From Treponemataceae bacterium (GTDB lineage: Bacteria > Spirochaetota > Spirochaetia > Treponematales > Rectinemataceae): a stretch of 64,000 bases of DNA. Position numbers and translations under genes: made by a program. The DNA lies in the NCBI GenBank assembly GCA_963667725.2, contig CAXXHO010000005.1:928001-992000 (forward strand), read 5' to 3'. Shown here in pieces: positions 60,873 to 64,000 of this stretch. Under the pieces are notes generated by a model. The model did no database searches and was not told the DNA's origin. It was given only the letters and a program-made list of their open reading frames with translations. The stretch's first letter is position 1; each line of letters opens with the position of its first letter.

Positions 60873-62342
60873 ATGGATCATAAGCACAGCGCCATGGCCA
60901 AGCATGCCGCCGAGACCTTCGGCATCCTTCTCCTCTCCACCCTTGTGGCATTCCTCATCCGAAGCCTCAACCTGCGGGTCGAGAATATCCTCATAATCTA
61001 CGTGCTAAGCATCCTCGTCATCGTCATAGAGACGAAACGCTATATTTGGGGCGTTCTCTCTTCCTTCTTCTGCATATTCACCTTCAACTATTTTTTCACC
61101 GAACCTCTGCATACATTCGTGATCGACGACCCTTCCTATTTCGTCTCCCTCGGAATCTTCCTGATCTCGGCTTTTATCGTCTCCACGCTTACGTCGAGAC
61201 TCCAGAGCCAGATCGCCATCTCAGCGCGCAACGAGGAAATGACGGACAAGCTCTATAAAGTCAGCAACGGCTACCTGAACATCTCCGAAAGAGAAGAGAT
61301 TGTCTCCTACGGCGAGAAGAGCATCACCATGCTCATCGGCAAGCCCTGCGTCATTTTCTACGGCGAGGCTTCTGCCCTCGCCGATCCGGAGGCCGCCGCC
61401 TGCTTCGCGAAAAGTCCAGCCGAAAGCGTGGAAGGCTATGGTCCCATGATAGCCGGGAAGCGCTTCATCCCCATCATGAACCAGAACAAGACCGTGGGTG
61501 TGCTCAGGATCGACTGCTCGGAAGGCGACATCGCCAAGGACGAAAGACTCTATCTCGAAACCATACTCTCCCAGTTCGTCATGGCCATGGAGCGCGAGGA
61601 ACTGCATCAGGCCGAGGAACGCCATCGCATCAACATCGAAAAAGAGCGATTGAGAAACAACTTGCTGAGAAGCATCTCCCACGATCTCCGGACCCCCCTC
61701 ACCGCGATCGCGGGAGGTTCCGAATTCCTGCTGGACCGCAGCAGGGACATAGACGAGGAAACGAAGCGGAGCCTGCTCGCGGATATCCATTCGGACGCGG
61801 TCTGGCTCGGAACCATGGTCGAGAACCTCCTCAACATGGCCCGCATCCAGGAGGGGAAGCTCATCATCAAGAAACAAGCCGAGATCGTGGACGATATCGT
61901 AAGCGAAGCCCTCTCGAGAGTAGCCAAGAATATCGGGCAGCACCGTCTTTCCTATATTCCTTCCCAGGGGATTCTTCTCGTTCCCCTGGACGGGCAGCTC
62001 ATCATCCAGGTGCTGATAAACCTCCTCAACAACGCGATCGAGCACACGAAGGCCGACTGCCATATCGTGGTCAAGGTCGAACAGCGACAGGACAGTGTGG
62101 TGTTTTCCGTGTCCGATGACGGGGGAGGCATGGAAAAGGATGTCCTGGATCACCTGTTCGAGAGTTTTGGTACGTCGGGAAAGAACGCGGCGGAAAGCAG
62201 GAAAGGCGCGGGGCTGGGCTTGAGCATCTGCAAGGCCACGATTCTGGCCCATGGGGGCTCCATAACTGGCATGAACAATGCCGAGGGCGGAGCCACCTTC
62301 TCTTTTTCTCTTCCTATTTTAGAGGAGGAAAGCCATGGATGA
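60873..62342 (+). CDS. KdpD-like sensor kinase lacking the N-terminal KdpD/Usp domains
   Basis: 4-TM region with FNYFFTEP; ERLRNNLLRSISHDLRTPL, NLLNNA, DDGGG and GLGL. Confidence 0.88.
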   Translation: MDHKHSAMAKHAAETFGILLLSTLVAFLIRSLNLRVENILIIYVLSILVIVIETKRYIWGVLSSFFCIFTFNYFFTEPLHTFVIDDPSYFVSLGIFLISAFIVSTLTSRLQSQIAISARNEEMTDKLYKVSNGYLNISEREEIVSYGEKSITMLIGKPCVIFYGEASALADPEAAACFAKSPAESVEGYGPMIAGKRFIPIMNQNKTVGVLRIDCSEGDIAKDERLYLETILSQFVMAMEREELHQAEERHRINIEKERLRNNLLRSISHDLRTPLTAIAGGSEFLLDRSRDIDEETKRSLLADIHSDAVWLGTMVENLLNMARIQEGKLIIKKQAEIVDDIVSEALSRVAKNIGQHRLSYIPSQGILLVPLDGQLIIQVLINLLNNAIEHTKADCHIVVKVEQRQDSVVFSVSDDGGGMEKDVLDHLFESFGTSGKNAAESRKGAGLGLSICKATILAHGGSITGMNNAEGGATFSFSLPILEEESHG

Positions 62343-63027
62343 GGCAAGAGTCTTGATCATAGAGGATGATAAAAGCATCCAGAACCTGCTGAGAATCTCG
62401 CTCAAAGCCAGCGGCTATCGCTGCGATACGGCGGAGTCGGGCCTTTCCGGCATCTCGCTTTTTCTCGCCAACAACCCGGGCATCATCCTCCTGGATCTTG
62501 GCCTGCCCGACATCGATGGTTCCGAAGTGCTTGCCCAGATACGGATGCGTTCGCAGGTTCCCGTCATTGTCATTTCTGCGCGGGATCAGGAGAGGGAGAA
62601 GGTTGTGGCCCTGGATGGGGGGGCCGACGATTACATAACCAAGCCCTTCAATATCCCTGAGCTCCTGGCGAGGATTCGCGTCGCCCTCAGGCATGCCGTC
62701 CCCCGGGATATCGAACCGACCATATTCTCCATCGGAGGGCTCTTCATCGATTTCGAGCGGCGCGTCGTGACGGTAGACGGGAAGGATGTGCATCTGACTC
62801 CCATCGAGTACAAGCTTCTTGCCCTTCTCGCCGAGCATTCCGGCAAGGTCTTGACCCATCAGTTCATACAGAAAAAGGTATGGGGCTACGAAACGACCGA
62901 CGAATATCAATCCCTTAGAGTATTCATGGCCAATATACGAAGGAAGATAGAACCGGAGAGTTCGCATCCGCTCTACATTCTGACGGAAATCGGCATCGGC
63001 TATAGATTGGTCGAAGAGTTGACTTGA
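62335..63027 (+). CDS. kdpE: KdpE-like OmpR-family response regulator
   Basis: LLDLGLPD, KVVALD, DYITKPF, LRVFMANIRRKIE and TEIGIGYR. Confidence 0.88.
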   Translation: MDEARVLIIEDDKSIQNLLRISLKASGYRCDTAESGLSGISLFLANNPGIILLDLGLPDIDGSEVLAQIRMRSQVPVIVISARDQEREKVVALDGGADDYITKPFNIPELLARIRVALRHAVPRDIEPTIFSIGGLFIDFERRVVTVDGKDVHLTPIEYKLLALLAEHSGKVLTHQFIQKKVWGYETTDEYQSLRVFMANIRRKIEPESSHPLYILTEIGIGYRLVEELT

Positions 63028-63048
63028 AGGATATTCAGAGGAAAAGGC

Positions 63049-63318
63049 ATGAAGCAAATCTTTAAAATCACGTTTCCGAACAATAAAATCTATATCGGAA
63101 AGGACTTGACCGGAACGCTGACCTATTTCGGGAGTTTCGATCCGCGCGACGTAAAGGCGGACTACAAGAATGTAAAAACTCCCCATTTCGTCATAAAAAA
63201 GGAGATCCTCTGGGAATCCGAGACGGCGGATGACGAGGATGTGGCCAAAAGGGAAGCCGCCTACATCAGGATATTCAATTCGGATAATCCCAAGATAGGA
63301 TATAACCGGCAGGGCTGA
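63049..63318 (+). CDS. Stand-alone GIY-YIG-family protein
   Basis: QIFKIT...KIYIGKD, a conserved E in KRE and C-terminal GYN. Confidence 0.7.
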   Translation: MKQIFKITFPNNKIYIGKDLTGTLTYFGSFDPRDVKADYKNVKTPHFVIKKEILWESETADDEDVAKREAAYIRIFNSDNPKIGYNRQG

Positions 63319-63339
63319 TGATGCAGGAATGATGATAAT

Positions 63340-63371
63340 AAAAAAGCCGTTCCCGAAGGAGCGGCTTTTTT
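63340..63371. terminator. Bidirectional terminator
   Basis: AAAAAAGCCGTTCC-CGAA-GGAGCGGCTTTTTT. Confidence 0.88.
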
Positions 63372-63394
63372 CACGGCGCTAAGACTTTTGGGTC

Positions 63395-63667
63395 TTAGTA
63401 GCGATCGTTGCTGCGGCGGGGCTTGTCCATGGCTTCGTTCACTTTGATCTGGCGACCATCGAGATCGATACCATTGGTACCATTGATTGCTGCCATAGCT
63501 TCGTTGTCCGAACCCATTTCCACAAAGCCGAAGCCTTTGGAAACGCCGGTGTCGCGATCAGAGATGATTTTCGCCGAAGCGACAGTACCGTAAGTCTGAA
63601 AAAGATTTCGAAGGCTGTCCTCAGAAGTATTGTAGCTCAGATTCCCGACATAAATTTTCTTGCCCAA
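63395..63667 (-). CDS. RRM-domain RNA-binding protein
   Basis: RNP2 IYVGNL and RNP1 KGFGFVEM; TTG start at 63667 with a GGAGG RBS. Confidence 0.93.
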   Translation of the reverse strand: MGKKIYVGNLSYNTSEDSLRNLFQTYGTVASAKIISDRDTGVSKGFGFVEMGSDNEAMAAINGTNGIDLDGRQIKVNEAMDKPRRSNDRY

Positions 63668-63870
63668 AGTAAATTCCTCCACCCGAAGCGTTGCATCGGG
63701 CATCTAAAACCTGTATCCGCGGTAAGCGTGGATATGCTGAACAATGGATTTTTTGTATCCATTCTTAAGTTAAGGGTAGTGTATCACATTGTTCAAACAA
63801 TAAATAGGTGGCTGGGACCTATTTTCTTCCTTAAACCTCGCGAACGCGGTTTTAAGGGCAAAAGAAAGGG

Positions 63871-64000
63871 TTAAATCGCCTTTCCAGCTAAAATTTCCCC
63901 GTAATCGGCATAATTTTTCGCGAGAAGCGCGGGAGTATCCAGATTGTAGGGGCATCGGGAACTGCATTGGCCGCAGTGGAGGCAATCCTCGATCTTCCTC
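63871..64000 (-). CDS. 3' end of a 4Fe-4S protein, probably an aldo/keto reductase with a C-terminal ferredoxin domain
   Basis: Manual translation [42 protein letters not shown]; not in the ORF track. Confidence 0.7.
   Translation of the reverse strand, partial: RKIEDCLHCGQCSSRCPYNLDTPALLAKNYADYGEILAGKAI

Noticed and set aside
63770..63985. 71-aa minus-strand ORF from the track
   Set aside because: Wrong frame; the real product is the Cys-motif C-terminus ending at 63871

Overview
64 kb of GC-rich, gene-dense bacterial DNA, probably from an anaerobe. A Spirochaetota origin is my low-confidence impression from gene content. No rRNA, tRNA or CRISPR array was seen. Left end: a phosphoketolase gene directly upstream of an N-type (alternative) F-ATPase beta subunit that the ORF track missed, with an intact IS1634-family element (25-bp inverted repeats, 5-bp target duplication) inserted just upstream. 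Next come a repeat lipoprotein, a transglutaminase-like protein, a CPBP protease and a 3000-aa cyclic beta-1,2-glucan synthase. Middle: two divergent flavinylated lipoprotein reductases, transporters, and a molybdoenzyme-rich block. That block holds an NCS2 permease, an amidohydrolase, a TRAP system, an XDH-family trio whose FAD subunit carries a GltD-like NAD(P)H module inside its 4Fe-4S loop, an unknown PHP-like membrane protein, and a ydhYVW aldehyde oxidoreductase operon preceded by a Moco RNA motif. Right end: panE/NTF2/SDR genes, a decayed oxidoreductase, a radical SAM gene, an IclR-TctBAC-RraA cluster, trkH with a KdpDE-like pair and a KdpE-type box, a small GIY-YIG protein and an RRM protein. 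Best leads: the XDH FAD-subunit/GltD chimera, the Moco-motif-led ydhYVW operon with a Tat signal, and the reductase pair. All calls rest on motifs read by eye; no database searches were run.
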